From Rhizobium sp. Q54 (GTDB lineage Bacteria; Pseudomonadota; Alphaproteobacteria; UBA2966; CAIVPW01): a DNA stretch of 64,000 nt. The position numbers were made by a program, and so were the translations under genes. Below the pieces are notes generated by a model. The model had not been told where the DNA came from. It ran no database searches and saw nothing but the letters and a program-made list of their open reading frames with translations. Location: NCBI GenBank assembly GCA_945889645.1, contig CAMDCA010000005.1, positions 7,728 to 71,727 of the forward strand. Reading direction: 5' to 3'. Below are positions 20,755 to 31,414 of this stretch, one piece after another (within the stretch, counting starts at the first letter, position 1; every line of letters starts with the position of its first letter).

Positions 20755-22066
20755 CGCAGAAGTCCCGGAATACGACATCGAGAAGGTCCTCAACGTCCAC
20801 TCGTCCTGTAATTCGCCCCAACGCGCGGGCGCCGAGGCGTAGGTCTTCGGCGCGCAATGTCACCTCCTCGGACCCCCGCAGGAACCGACGCAGCGATGCG
20901 ACGCACTCGGACAACGCCTGGCGATGTCGAACGCGCGTCAGTCCGGGTTCCTCGGCGAGACCCGCACGAACGTGCGCGGTCGCCGACAATCCCTGGACGA
21001 ACGACCGGATTCCCTCTCCAGTCCTTGCCGACACCGGCCAAACCCGGTCCGGCCCTACGCCTTCGACGCTGACAGGACGAACGTCCACCTTATTCACGAC
21101 GCGCACCGCCTCCGGACCCGCCCACGCCAGCGTTCGAGCGTCCACTGCGGGCCAAGCAACGGCGTCAAACACGCACACCACGATGTCGGCCTGGCGCGCC
21201 CGGGCATCGGCTCGGCGCACGCCTTCGGCTTCGATCTCGTCGTGAGAGTCGCGCAAGCCCGCCGTGTCGGCCAGCGTCACCGGTACGCCGTCAAGGTCGA
21301 GGCGCACCTCGACAATATCGCGGGTCGTCCCGGCCCGGGCCGACACGATCGCCGCCTCGCGCCCCGCCAAGGCATTCAACAGGCTCGACTTCCCGACATT
21401 CGGCGCCCCCACGATGGCGATCTGCAGCCCCGCGCGCAGACGCTCGCCCCGTCCGGACTCGGTCAGAGTCTCTTCCATTTCGGGTACCAGCCGATGGATA
21501 TGGACCGCGGCGGCCGCCAGGGTCTCGGCCGGCACCTCATCCTCGGCGAAGTCGATCGCCGCCTCGACATGGGCCAGCGCCCGCAGCACCTCGGTCCGCC
21601 ACCGTTCCAGCCGTTCCGCCAGCGCTCCTTCGAGCTGCCGCATGGCCTGCCGGCGCTGGCCCTCTGTTTCCGACTGCACCAGGTCGGCGAGCGCCTCCAC
21701 CTGGGTCAGGTCAAGCTTGCCGTTGTGGAATGCGCGCCGTGTGAAAGCGCCAGGTTCGGCCAGTTCCAGGCCGGGCACCGCGGCAAGCTCGTCCAGCACC
21801 GCGCGCACCACCGCCCGGCCGCCATGGACCTGGAATTCCGCCACGTCTTCTCCCGTCACGCTGGCCGGAGCGGGAAACCACAACAGCAGCGAGCGGTCGA
21901 GAAGGGTACCGTCGGCGCGCCGCAAGGCGGCAACGGTGGCCATGCGCGGCTCCGGCATCCGCCCGGCCAGGGCGCGCACGGCCCGGCCGGCCTCGGGGCC
22001 CGATACCCGCAGAACCGCGACACCGGCGGGACCCGGCGCGCTCGATAGCGCAAAGATCGTGGACAC
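20744..22066 (-). CDS. mnmE: tRNA modification GTPase MnmE
   Basis: [35 protein letters not shown]-terminus. Confidence 0.96.
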   Translation of the reverse strand: MSTIFALSSAPGPAGVAVLRVSGPEAGRAVRALAGRMPEPRMATVAALRRADGTLLDRSLLLWFPAPASVTGEDVAEFQVHGGRAVVRAVLDELAAVPGLELAEPGAFTRRAFHNGKLDLTQVEALADLVQSETEGQRRQAMRQLEGALAERLERWRTEVLRALAHVEAAIDFAEDEVPAETLAAAAVHIHRLVPEMEETLTESGRGERLRAGLQIAIVGAPNVGKSSLLNALAGREAAIVSARAGTTRDIVEVRLDLDGVPVTLADTAGLRDSHDEIEAEGVRRADARARQADIVVCVFDAVAWPAVDARTLAWAGPEAVRVVNKVDVRPVSVEGVGPDRVWPVSARTGEGIRSFVQGLSATAHVRAGLAEEPGLTRVRHRQALSECVASLRRFLRGSEEVTLRAEDLRLGARALGRITGRVDVEDLLDVVFRDFCVGK

Positions 22067-22075
22067 CGCCGGAGA

Positions 22076-22423
22076 TTAGCTCCGCGGCGGCTGCGGCGCA
22101 CCTTTGGGTGGCATCAGCAGGCGTTCGACGATCTCACCGCCTACGACGTGGCGCGCGAGGATCTCGTCCAGGTCGGCCTCGGTCCGCGCGGTGTACCAGA
22201 CCCCCTCGGGGTAGATGACCACGCTAGGCCCCAACTCGCAGCGGTCGAGGCAGCCGGCGTTGTTGATCCGCACGTCCTCCAGCCCCAGCTGCTTGGCGCC
22301 GTCCTTCATATAGCTCCGCAGCCGGACCGAGCCTTTGGCCGCGCAGCATCCGCGCGGATCGTCCGGCGGCCGTTGATTGGTGCAGACGAACACGTGCTTG
22401 CGGTAAAAGAGCGGCTCCGCCAC
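22076..22423 (-). CDS. Thioredoxin-like [2Fe-2S] ferredoxin
   Basis: HVFVCTNQR...GCC...[19 protein letters not shown]. Confidence 0.9.
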   Translation of the reverse strand: MAEPLFYRKHVFVCTNQRPPDDPRGCCAAKGSVRLRSYMKDGAKQLGLEDVRINNAGCLDRCELGPSVVIYPEGVWYTARTEADLDEILARHVVGGEIVERLLMPPKGAPQPPRS

Positions 22424-22479
22424 GTCGGGCTCCCTCGGGTTCCGGCGCCATTCCTAGACTGGCCGCCTTAGTCTGGTTC

Positions 22480-24501
22480 ATGTCCAACGCGCTTGCCACG
22501 TCCACCAGCCCCTACCTGCGCCAGCACCGGGACAATCCCGTCGACTGGCAGCTGTGGGGCCCCGGCGTGTTCGCTCGCGCCGAGTCAGAGAACAAGCCGA
22601 TCCTGCTCAGCATCGGCTACGCCGCCTGTCACTGGTGTCACGTGATGGCGCACGAAAGCTTCGAAGACGACGCTACGGCGCGGCTGATGAACGAGAACTT
22701 CGTGTGCGTCAAGGTGGACCGCGAGGAGCGTCCCGATCTGGATATGGTCTACCAGTCGGCCTTGTCGGCGTTCGAGAGCCAGGGCGGCTGGCCATTGACC
22801 ATGTTCCTGGCCACCGACGGAGTGCCGTTCTGGGGCGGGACGTATTTCCCGCCGCAGCCGCGTTGGGGCAAGCCCAGCTTCGAGCAGGTTCTGCGCTCGA
22901 TCTCCCAGGCCTACCGCGACTCGCCCGCCAAAGTGCGGCAGAGCACCAAGGAGATGTCGCGCGCGCTCAAGGCCCTCGGCGAGCCCGCGACCCAAGGTGC
23001 TGGTAACCCCATCACCACGGCAAGCTTGGACGCCGCCGCCACCGCCGTGCTCGACGTCATGGACCCGATCAACGGTGGCCTGAAGGGCGCGCCGAAGTTC
23101 GCGCAACTCACCGCGCTCGAGGCACTATGGCGCGGCTACCTGCGCACCGGCGTCGGCGCCATGCGTCATGCCGTGACGCTTGGGCTCGATCGCATGTCCC
23201 AAGGCGGGCTCTACGATCACCTCGGCGGCGGCTACTCGCGCTACTGCGTTGACGAGGTCTGGCTCGTGCCGCATTTCGAAAAGATGCTGTACGACAACGC
23301 CTCATTCCTCGATCTGCTGACCACCGTGTGGCGCTCGACCAAAAGCGAGCTGTACGCCGCGCGCATACGCGAAACCGTCGCCTGGCTGCTGCGCGACATG
23401 CGCACGCCGGACAACGCGTTCGTCGCATCCTTCGACGCCGATTCCGAGGGCGAGGAGGGGGTCTACTACGTCTGGACGGAATCCGAGATCGACCAGCTCC
23501 TCGGCGCCGACGCAGCCGCGTTCAAGACCGTCTACGGCGTCACCGCCGCCGGCAATTGGGAAGGCCACGTCATCCTCAACCGCTTGGCGCGCCCGGCTTT
23601 CGGCACAGCGGAACAGGAAAAGGCGCTCGGCCGATCGCGCGCCAAGTTGTTGGCCGTGCGCGCCAAGCGCGTGCCGCCCGAACGCGACGACAAAGTGCTC
23701 GCCGACTGGAACGGACTAGCGATTGCCGCTCTGGTCAACGCCGCCGTGTCGTTTGCCGATTCCAACTGGCTCGCGGCCGCCGAGAAGGCGTTTGCCGCCG
23801 TCGCGCGCATCCACGGCGACGGCGACAAGCTGCACCACTCGTCCTTCGCCGGCACCGCCGGCGCGCAAGGGTTCCTCGACGACTACGCCAACATGACACG
23901 CGCTGCCCTCGCGCTCTACGAGGCGACCGGCACGGCGTCGTACCTCGCCAAGGCCCGCGCGTGGGCTGCGGTGATCGAGCGTGACTTCGCTTCGGCCGAC
24001 AAGGCCGGCTACTTCTACGCACCCAAGGACGCTGACAAGCAATTGCTGGTGCGCCCGCGCCACGCCCACGACGGCCCGCAGCCGTCCGGCAACGGCACGA
24101 CCGCCGCCGTCTTCGGCCGCCTAGCGGCCCACACCGGCGACACCGCCCCGCGCGAGCGCGCCGCTGCGATCATCAGCACCTTCGGCGGCCTCGCCGCAAA
24201 GCATCCGGTGTCGTTCGCCACCATCCTGAACAGCTTTGAATCGATCACCAGCGCGCAGCAAGTTGTTGTCGTCACGGGCAACGCCAACGACGCGATGATC
24301 GCCACCGCATGGGCCGCGCCACGTCCCGATCGCATCGTTCAAGTCGTCGCACCCGGTGCCAAGCTCCCGGCAAGTCACCCTGCCGCCGGGAAAGACGCAG
24401 TGAACGGCCGTCCGACCACATACGTATGCGTCGGCACGCGCTGCTCGTTACCCGTACAATCCGCCGCCGACCTCGCGGCCCTTTTGAAGGCGCCCCAATG
24501 A
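22480..24501 (+). CDS. YyaL/SSP411-like thioredoxin-domain protein
   Basis: [50 protein letters not shown]. Confidence 0.92.
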   Translation: MSNALATSTSPYLRQHRDNPVDWQLWGPGVFARAESENKPILLSIGYAACHWCHVMAHESFEDDATARLMNENFVCVKVDREERPDLDMVYQSALSAFESQGGWPLTMFLATDGVPFWGGTYFPPQPRWGKPSFEQVLRSISQAYRDSPAKVRQSTKEMSRALKALGEPATQGAGNPITTASLDAAATAVLDVMDPINGGLKGAPKFAQLTALEALWRGYLRTGVGAMRHAVTLGLDRMSQGGLYDHLGGGYSRYCVDEVWLVPHFEKMLYDNASFLDLLTTVWRSTKSELYAARIRETVAWLLRDMRTPDNAFVASFDADSEGEEGVYYVWTESEIDQLLGADAAAFKTVYGVTAAGNWEGHVILNRLARPAFGTAEQEKALGRSRAKLLAVRAKRVPPERDDKVLADWNGLAIAALVNAAVSFADSNWLAAAEKAFAAVARIHGDGDKLHHSSFAGTAGAQGFLDDYANMTRAALALYEATGTASYLAKARAWAAVIERDFASADKAGYFYAPKDADKQLLVRPRHAHDGPQPSGNGTTAAVFGRLAAHTGDTAPRERAAAIISTFGGLAAKHPVSFATILNSFESITSAQQVVVVTGNANDAMIATAWAAPRPDRIVQVVAPGAKLPASHPAAGKDAVNGRPTTYVCVGTRCSLPVQSAADLAALLKAPQ

Positions 24502-25019
24502 TCGCCTCGCTGATCATCGCCACGCCGCTCGGCGCCGTTCTGGTGCGCACCGAAGACGAGCAGATCTTCGGTCTCAGCTGGATCGCTGGCCGCAAACGCA
24601 TGCACGGTTCCGCCATGCGCGCCAACTCGCCCGGCCTCAAGGCGGCGCAGGGCTGGCTCGACGACTACTTCGCCGGCACATTCCGCCCCGTGGACTTCGC
24701 CGTGCGCGCCGAAGGCTCCGACTTCCAGCGCCGCGTGTGGCAGGCGATCGCCGAAATCCCGCGCGGCCAGACCGCCACCTACGGCGACATCGCCCGCGCC
24801 ATCCGCAGCGCCCCGCGCGCGGTCGGTGGCGCGTGCGGCGCCAATCCGATCGCCGTCGCCGTTCCCTGCCACCGCGTTCTGGCAGCTGGCGGGCGTATCG
24901 GCGGCTATTCCGGTGGCGCCGGGCTCGACACCAAGCGCGCCCTGTTGGGCCACGAAGGCATCACCGTTTCTCCCCGCGGCGGCCGTGCAGCCTCCTCGCA
25001 AGAAGGTTCCAACCCGTGA
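24498..25019 (+). CDS. ogt: Methylated-DNA--protein-cysteine methyltransferase
   Basis: [21 protein letters not shown] active site. Confidence 0.9.
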   Translation: MIASLIIATPLGAVLVRTEDEQIFGLSWIAGRKRMHGSAMRANSPGLKAAQGWLDDYFAGTFRPVDFAVRAEGSDFQRRVWQAIAEIPRGQTATYGDIARAIRSAPRAVGGACGANPIAVAVPCHRVLAAGGRIGGYSGGAGLDTKRALLGHEGITVSPRGGRAASSQEGSNP

Positions 25020-27163
25020 GCAAAGCAGTTTCGTTCGAGACCAGCGCACAGCTCGCCGAAGCGCGCGCGCTCTACCAGGACGGCCGCCTGCAGGAGGCGG
25101 AGCAGCTTCTCACGCAGATTTCGCGCAACAACCCCAACAATCCCGAGACGCTGTACCTGCTCGGTGCCATCGCCTACCGCACGCGCATCTACGACAGTAG
25201 CGTGCGCATGATGCTGCGCGTCATCGCGCTGCAGCCGCGCCACCACGACGCCCAGCTGACCCTCGGCATGGCCTATCGCGCGCAGAAGAAGCCGCGCGAC
25301 GCCCTGGTGGCGCTGCGCAAGGCAGCGGTGATGAAGCCGAGTTCGCTCGACGGCCGCTTCCACCTGGCGCTGGCCGAAATCGAGGCGGGCGAACTGAAGG
25401 CCGCCGCCAAGAATCTCGAGCGCGCGGTGAAGATCGATCCGGAGTCCGCCCACGTGCGCAACACGTATGCCGGCGTGCTGTTCCAGCTCGGCGATCGCGA
25501 CGAGTCGCTGCGCCAGTTGCGCAAGGCCGCGGCGATCGCCTCTGATTCGGCCGACATGCAGCAGAACCTGGCGGTGGCGCTGCAGACCAACGGCCAGCAC
25601 GAGGAGGCGGTGGAACAATTCCGCCGCGTGCTCGCGCTGGTCCCCGATCACTTCGATGCCATGTACGGCATGGCGAATTCGCTCACCGCGCTGCGCCAGC
25701 TCGACGAGGCCTACACGTTCTTCGAGCGCCTTCTCAAAGAAGGCCCGAAGATGGTGCCGCCGCGCAGCAACTATGCGCTGGCGTTGCGCCACGGCAACCG
25801 TGCGGCCGACTCGGTCGCGCAGTTCCGCCAGGCGCTGGCCGATTCCCACGGCGAGCCGTTCGTCGCCGCCAACCTGGCCGAGAGTCTGGTCGCAGCAGGC
25901 GAAACGGACGAAGCCCTCAAGGTGCTACGCGCATCTGCGGAGAATCGTCCGACCGAAGGCATCATGCTGCAGCACGGTGATTTGCTCGCGCGCCTCGGCA
26001 AGTTCGGCGAAGCGACGGCGCAGTTCGAGCGCGTGCTCAAGCGCCAGCCGGACAACGCCATCGCACTGGTGAACCTCGCCGACATCGGTGGCAAGGACTT
26101 GGCCAAGGCGCACGAAGACAAGCTGGTCGCGGTCGCCGACAGCGATCGCCGCGCCGCCGGCGACATCATCCGCACCAACCTGGCGCTCGGGCGCCTGTAC
26201 GACGCGCGCGGCGATTACGCGCATGCGTTCGAACGCTTCGCCACCGGCAACAAAGTGCGTCACGCGCTGCAGCCGTTCGAAATGGCCGCCTTCCGCGGCT
26301 GGGTCTCGCGCCAGATTGCCGCGTTTTCCGCCGACCTAATGGCGACGACACGCGGCATGGGCAGCGAGTCCGACGTGCCGGTGTTCATCGTCGGCCTGCC
26401 GCGCACCGGCACCACGCTGGTCGAGCGCATCATCGACGCGCATCCGCAAGGGTTCGGCCAGGGCGAGTCTCAGGACCTGTACGTCCTGGCGCGCCGCCTG
26501 CCGGCGCTGATCGCCGCCAAGCCGCAGGAGCCGGGTTGGGGCGACGTCTATGCACTGGCGCGGCGTGACGCGCCCGCCGCCGCCGTTACGGTGGCGGAGT
26601 ATCCGGACTGCATGCGCGACCTCAGCGCCGAAGTCGCGCGCACCGTCGCCACCGACTTCGTGACACGGCGGCAGGCGCACGCGCCCAAGGCGCGCCGCAT
26701 CGCCGACAAGTCCGCCGCGCATTGGCAGTTCGTCGGTCTCGCCCGTGTTCTGTTGCCACGCGCCGGCGTCGTGCATGTCACGCGCGATCCGGCCGATACG
26801 TTGTTGTCGATCTTCAGCGCCAACACGCCGGGCGAGCATCCGTATCCGTCGGACCTCGGCGCGCTGGCGATCTACTGGCGCGAGTATCAGCGCCTGATGG
26901 CGCACTGGCCCACGCTGGCACCGATGACGGAGGTTTCCTACGAGGATCTGGTGCGCACGCCGGAGACGGCGGCGAAGTCCGTGCTGTCGGCGATCGGCCT
27001 GCCGTGGGATGCCGCCGCGCTGCGCTTTGCCGAATCGGCCCGCCCGGTAACGACCCAAAGCCGTGCGCAGATGCGTCAGCCGCTCACCGCGGCTCGCATC
27101 GGCCACGCCAAGCACTACGCCGATTTCTTGAAGCCGCTGGCGGAAGCTCTCGCCGGAAAGTAG
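25016..27163 (+). CDS. TPR-repeat sulfotransferase-domain protein
   Basis: Many TPRs, then PVFIVGLPRTGTTLVE (PAPS-binding loop), RDP.DT, YEDLV; GTGA coupling with ogt. Confidence 0.85.
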   Translation: MSKAVSFETSAQLAEARALYQDGRLQEAEQLLTQISRNNPNNPETLYLLGAIAYRTRIYDSSVRMMLRVIALQPRHHDAQLTLGMAYRAQKKPRDALVALRKAAVMKPSSLDGRFHLALAEIEAGELKAAAKNLERAVKIDPESAHVRNTYAGVLFQLGDRDESLRQLRKAAAIASDSADMQQNLAVALQTNGQHEEAVEQFRRVLALVPDHFDAMYGMANSLTALRQLDEAYTFFERLLKEGPKMVPPRSNYALALRHGNRAADSVAQFRQALADSHGEPFVAANLAESLVAAGETDEALKVLRASAENRPTEGIMLQHGDLLARLGKFGEATAQFERVLKRQPDNAIALVNLADIGGKDLAKAHEDKLVAVADSDRRAAGDIIRTNLALGRLYDARGDYAHAFERFATGNKVRHALQPFEMAAFRGWVSRQIAAFSADLMATTRGMGSESDVPVFIVGLPRTGTTLVERIIDAHPQGFGQGESQDLYVLARRLPALIAAKPQEPGWGDVYALARRDAPAAAVTVAEYPDCMRDLSAEVARTVATDFVTRRQAHAPKARRIADKSAAHWQFVGLARVLLPRAGVVHVTRDPADTLLSIFSANTPGEHPYPSDLGALAIYWREYQRLMAHWPTLAPMTEVSYEDLVRTPETAAKSVLSAIGLPWDAAALRFAESARPVTTQSRAQMRQPLTAARIGHAKHYADFLKPLAEALAGK

Positions 27164-27165
27164 GG

Positions 27166-27333
27166 CTAGCCGTTGGCGCGGCGCAGCAGGAACGCCTGGA
27201 TCGCCACGCCGGCGCAGGCGATGGTCACCACCAGCTTGAGGGCGCCGCCCTCCAGCGCGCCGGTCCCCACGACGAGCGCGATCACCGCCGCATAGGCGCA
27301 CAACGCGATGGCGTGCGCGTCGCGCTTCCGCAC
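27166..27333 (-). CDS. Small hypothetical membrane protein (55 aa)
   Basis: AGGAG RBS then GTG; MRKRDAHAIALCAYAAVIALVVGTGALEGGALKLVVTIACAGVAIQAFLLRRANG; two hydrophobic segments, nearly all codons end in G/C. Confidence 0.6.
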   Translation of the reverse strand: MRKRDAHAIALCAYAAVIALVVGTGALEGGALKLVVTIACAGVAIQAFLLRRANG

Positions 27334-27368
27334 GGGCGTCTCCTGGTTTGACGCGCGCTCCGAGCGCG

Positions 27369-28622
27369 TTAGGCGTTCATCGAGTCAAAGAACTCGGCGT
27401 TGGTCTTGGTGCCCTTGAGCTTGGACAGCAGGAACTCCATGGAGTCGGTGACGCCCATCGGCATCAGGATGCGGCGCAGCACCCACATCTTCGACAGCGT
27501 GCCCTTGTCAACCAGGAGCTCTTCCTTGCGCGTGCCGGAGCGCGTGATGTCGATCGCCGGCCACGTGCGCTTGTCGGACAGCTTGCGGTCGAGAATGATT
27601 TCCGAGTTACCGGTGCCCTTGAACTCTTCGAAGATCACTTCGTCCATGCGGCTGCCGGTATCGATCAGCGCGGTGGCGATGATGGTCAGCGAGCCGCCGT
27701 TCTCGATGTTGCGCGCGGCGCCGAAGAAGCGCTTCGGCCGCTGCAATGCGTTGGCGTCAACACCGCCGGTCAGCACCTTGCCGGACGACGGCACCACGGT
27801 GTTGTAGGCGCGCGCCAAGCGGGTGATCGAGTCGAGCAGGATCACCACGTCACGGCCGTATTCGACCAGGCGCTTGGCCTTGGCGATCACCATCTCGGCG
27901 ACCTGCACATGGCGCGTCGCCGGTTCGTCGAACGTTGAGGACACGACCTCGCCGTTCACCGAGCGCTTCATGTCCGTGACTTCTTCGGGTCGCTCGTCGA
28001 TGAGCAACACGATCAGGTAGACGTCGGGGTGGTTGTGGCTGATCGAGTGCGCGATGGTCTGCAGCATCATCGTCTTGCCGGTGCGCGGCGGCGCGACAAT
28101 CAGTCCGCGCTGGCCCATGCCGAGCGGGGTGATGAGGTCGAGAACGCGCGCGCTCGGATCGCCACCCGCCTTGTCGATCTCCAGCTTGAAGCGCTTCTCG
28201 GGGTAGAGCGGCGTCAGGTTGTCGAAGTTGACCTTGTGCCGGACCGTCTCGGTGTCCTCGAAGTTGATGCTCTTGACCCGCAGCAGCGCGAAGTAGCGTT
28301 CGCCTTCCTTCGGCGCGCGAATCTCACCCTCGACCGTGTCGCCGGTGCGCAGCGCGAAGCGCCGCACCTGGCTTGGGGACACATAGATGTCGTCCGGGCC
28401 CGCCAGGTAGTTCGATTCCGGCGAGCGCAAGAACCCGAAGCCGTCCTGCAAGATCTCCAGCACACCGACGCCGGTGATCTCGACGTTGTCTTCGGCCAGC
28501 TGCTTAAGGATCGCGAACATCATGTCCTGCGTCCGCAGCGAGTTGGCGTTTTCGACCTTGTGCGCCTCGGCAAACGCGAGGAGCTCGGTCGGCGACTTGC
28601 GCTTCAATTCTTGGAGGTTCAT
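27369..28622 (-). CDS. rho: Transcription termination factor Rho
   Basis: [43 protein letters not shown]. Confidence 0.98.
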   Translation of the reverse strand: MNLQELKRKSPTELLAFAEAHKVENANSLRTQDMMFAILKQLAEDNVEITGVGVLEILQDGFGFLRSPESNYLAGPDDIYVSPSQVRRFALRTGDTVEGEIRAPKEGERYFALLRVKSINFEDTETVRHKVNFDNLTPLYPEKRFKLEIDKAGGDPSARVLDLITPLGMGQRGLIVAPPRTGKTMMLQTIAHSISHNHPDVYLIVLLIDERPEEVTDMKRSVNGEVVSSTFDEPATRHVQVAEMVIAKAKRLVEYGRDVVILLDSITRLARAYNTVVPSSGKVLTGGVDANALQRPKRFFGAARNIENGGSLTIIATALIDTGSRMDEVIFEEFKGTGNSEIILDRKLSDKRTWPAIDITRSGTRKEELLVDKGTLSKMWVLRRILMPMGVTDSMEFLLSKLKGTKTNAEFFDSMNA

Positions 28623-28801
28623 GGGCGTTCTGGGGTTCTGAGAAGCCTGGCGGCCGGGGGGTAGCGGGGGATTTGGCGGGTTCGGGCGAGGAGGCCTCGC
28701 CGCGACGGATTTCGAAACGGATGTGCCGTGGAGGCACCAGCGCAACGAAACTTGTGGGGAAGTGGGGGCGCCAAAGGTGCGCCCGAGGTGTTGACGGCTT
28801 C

Positions 28802-28831
28802 ACCGTAATGCGAAGCCGCTGTCGAAGTCAA
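28802..28831 (-). promoter_or_regulatory. Candidate sigma70 promoter of rho
   Basis: TTGACT-N18-TACGGT on the minus strand, about 180 bp upstream of the ATG. Confidence 0.45.
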
Positions 28832-28897
28832 ACCCGCGGAAGGCGCACAACGGCAGGATTGGTGCGTTGTCACAAGCGTGGCGCAGTCACACGTTCG

Positions 28898-29344
28898 TTA
28901 GAACGGCTTCACGATCACCATGCTGACGATGATGATGACCAGACCGGTCGGCACTTCGTTAATGGCGCGATAGAACTTGGCTGGCCGGGCGTTGCTGTCG
29001 GCGGCGAAGTCCTTGCGGCAACGCGACAAGAAGCCGTGCAGGCCGCTCATCGCTAGCACGCTGGCGGCTTTGACCCACGCCCAGCCTTCGCTCCAATCGA
29101 TCACGCCGGGCGTCAGCACCAACATCAGGCCGAACAGCCAGGTGGCGATCATCGCCGGGTTAATGATGCCGCGCAGCAGGCGGCGCTCCATCACCTTGAA
29201 GGTCTCGGACTGCGGCGAGCCCTCCGTCGCGTCGGCGTGATAGACGAACAGACGCGGCAGATAGAACATCCCCGCCATCCACGCGATCACCGAGATGACG
29301 TGCAGCGCGGTGATCCATTCGCGCCAGGATGCCAAAAAGCTCAT
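28898..29344 (-). CDS. hemJ: Protoporphyrinogen oxidase HemJ
   Basis: LHVISVIAWMAGMFYLPRLFVYH, MERRLLRGIINPAM, NEVPT...VIVKPF. Confidence 0.93.
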   Translation of the reverse strand: MSFLASWREWITALHVISVIAWMAGMFYLPRLFVYHADATEGSPQSETFKVMERRLLRGIINPAMIATWLFGLMLVLTPGVIDWSEGWAWVKAASVLAMSGLHGFLSRCRKDFAADSNARPAKFYRAINEVPTGLVIIIVSMVIVKPF

Positions 29345-29354
29345 CGCGCGAAAT

Positions 29355-30383
29355 TCATGCTGCCGCTCCTCCGCGTGCACAGACCGCCGACGGGCAGCGG
29401 TGGCCCGCATGGCGGGGGCAGGCGCCCAGGGTGCCGGCCAAGGCGGCCCGAACCAGGCCCGCCAGCCCGTTGATGAATTGGGGGTTGGTCGCCACCGTCG
29501 GGGCCCGCACGTAGGCGGGTACGCCGGCATGGGCCGCCGCCTCGCGCAGTTCGATGTCGAGCTCCACTAGGGTCTCCGAGTGCTCCGACACAAACGAAAT
29601 CGGTGCCACCACGACAGGCACCCGATCGGCACCGGCCTTGGCGATCTCCGCGTCGATCGACGGGCCGATCCACGCCAGGCGGCCGACCCGGCTCTGGTAG
29701 CACAGGCGCCAAGACCCAGGCGCCAGGCCAAGCTCGGCGGCAATCGCCGCCGCAGTTGCGGCGGCATGGCCAGGGTAGGGATCGCCGGAATCCGCAATGC
29801 GCAGCGGCAGGCCGTGGGCTGAGAACAGCACGCGCGGGCTACCGTACCGGTTCGCTTCGTCCAGCGCCGGCCGGATGCAGTCGGCATAGGCGCGCAGGAA
29901 CCACGGCTGGGTGCCGTAGCAGCCGACGGTGGTGACGCTGCTGCCCGTCAGCTGCTGCCATTCGGCCACGGAGGACGCGGTCGTGGTCGTCGAGTACTGC
30001 GGATACAGCGGCACCAGGACCGTACGGTCGGGTGCGAAGGCCCGCACCGCGGCTACAGTTTCGGCCGCGCGCGGGTGCCAATAGCGCATGGCGGCGAACG
30101 TGCGTACGTCGCCGGCATCGGACAGCGCCGTCGCCAGCGCGCGGGCCTGGGCGTCTGTCTGTTCGCGAATGGGGGATCGTCCGCCGATCTGGGCGTAGAT
30201 CGCACGCGCGATGGGGGCTCGCCGGCGCGCGATCCATTCGGCCAGCAAAACCCGCACCGGCGTCGGCACCCGCAGAATCGCGGGGTCGCGGAACAGGTTG
30301 CGCAGGAACGGCAGCACCGCCTCGGGGCGATCGGGACCGCCGAGGTTGAACAGCACCACGGCGATGCGGCTATGGGCGCTCAT
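29355..30383 (-). CDS. hemH: Ferrochelatase
   Basis: LFNLGGP, AMRYWHP, PLYPQYS, FSAHGLP, YQSRVG, FVSEHSETLVELD. Confidence 0.94.
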   Translation of the reverse strand: MSAHSRIAVVLFNLGGPDRPEAVLPFLRNLFRDPAILRVPTPVRVLLAEWIARRRAPIARAIYAQIGGRSPIREQTDAQARALATALSDAGDVRTFAAMRYWHPRAAETVAAVRAFAPDRTVLVPLYPQYSTTTTASSVAEWQQLTGSSVTTVGCYGTQPWFLRAYADCIRPALDEANRYGSPRVLFSAHGLPLRIADSGDPYPGHAAATAAAIAAELGLAPGSWRLCYQSRVGRLAWIGPSIDAEIAKAGADRVPVVVAPISFVSEHSETLVELDIELREAAAHAGVPAYVRAPTVATNPQFINGLAGLVRAALAGTLGACPRHAGHRCPSAVCARGGAAA

Positions 30384-31414
30384 CGGGCTCGGGTCCGCAC
30401 GCGCTGCACCAGTTGGGCGACATGATCCGGCGGGGTGTCCTGCCGAATGCCATGGCCAAGGTTGAACACATGGGGTGCGCCCCGCATGGTTCCCAGGATG
30501 CGATCGACTTCTTCGTCCAAGGGCGGGCCGCCTTCGGCCAGCAGAATTGGATCCAGGTTGCCCTGCAGCGCCGTCTGCGCCGGTACTTGGCGGCGCACCC
30601 AGGCCAGCGGCGTGCCCTGGTCGATGCCGATCGCGCTGACGCCCGTCTCGGTGGCGAACCGGCGCAGCTGTGCGCCGCCGCCGCGCGGAAAGCCGATGAT
30701 CGGCAAGCCAGGCACCGCGGCACGAACCCGTCGCACGATTTCGGCCACCGGTTCGATGCACAAACGGTGGAACAACCCCTCGGGTGCTGCTCCGGCCCAG
30801 CTATCGAATAGCTGAACGACTTCGGCCCCGGCGCGTGCCTGCGCGATCAAGTGACGCGCGGTCACGTCTACGAGCAGGCCCATCAGTTCGCCAAAGGTCT
30901 GCGGGTCACGCCACGCCCAGCGAATCAGGTTGGCATGATCCGTCCCGCCCTTGCCTTCGACCATATAGGCCGCAACGGTCCACGGTGCCCCGGCAAATCC
31001 GATCAAGGTGCAGGTCTTGGGCAACGCTGCGGCTAGCCCTCGCACCGCGTCGTAGACCGGCGCCAAACGATCTTCCAAGCCCTCTGGACGCAGCGCTGCA
31101 ATGTCTTCGCGCGAGCGGACCGTACTCAGCACAGGGCCTTCGCCCTCGCGATACTCGAGCTGCATGCCCAAGGCATGCGGAATGACCAGGATGTCGGAAA
31201 ACAGGATCGCTGCATCGAAGCCAAACCGGCGGATCGGTTGCAACGACACTTCTACTGCAAGGTCCGGCGCATAGCACAGGTCTAGGAAACTACCTGCCTG
31301 CGTGCGTACCGCTTTGTACTCGGCCAGATAGCGGCCTGCCTGACGCATCAACCAGATCGGTGGCGTTGCCAGCGCCTCGCCTGCCAGTACGCCTAGCAGG
31401 GCCTTGCGTGTCAT
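30380..31414 (-). CDS. hemE: Uroporphyrinogen decarboxylase
   Basis: PIWLMRQAGRYL, AILFSDIL, IGFAGAPWT, QGNLDP, FNLGHGI. Confidence 0.96.
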   Translation of the reverse strand: MTRKALLGVLAGEALATPPIWLMRQAGRYLAEYKAVRTQAGSFLDLCYAPDLAVEVSLQPIRRFGFDAAILFSDILVIPHALGMQLEYREGEGPVLSTVRSREDIAALRPEGLEDRLAPVYDAVRGLAAALPKTCTLIGFAGAPWTVAAYMVEGKGGTDHANLIRWAWRDPQTFGELMGLLVDVTARHLIAQARAGAEVVQLFDSWAGAAPEGLFHRLCIEPVAEIVRRVRAAVPGLPIIGFPRGGGAQLRRFATETGVSAIGIDQGTPLAWVRRQVPAQTALQGNLDPILLAEGGPPLDEEVDRILGTMRGAPHVFNLGHGIRQDTPPDHVAQLVQRVRTRAR

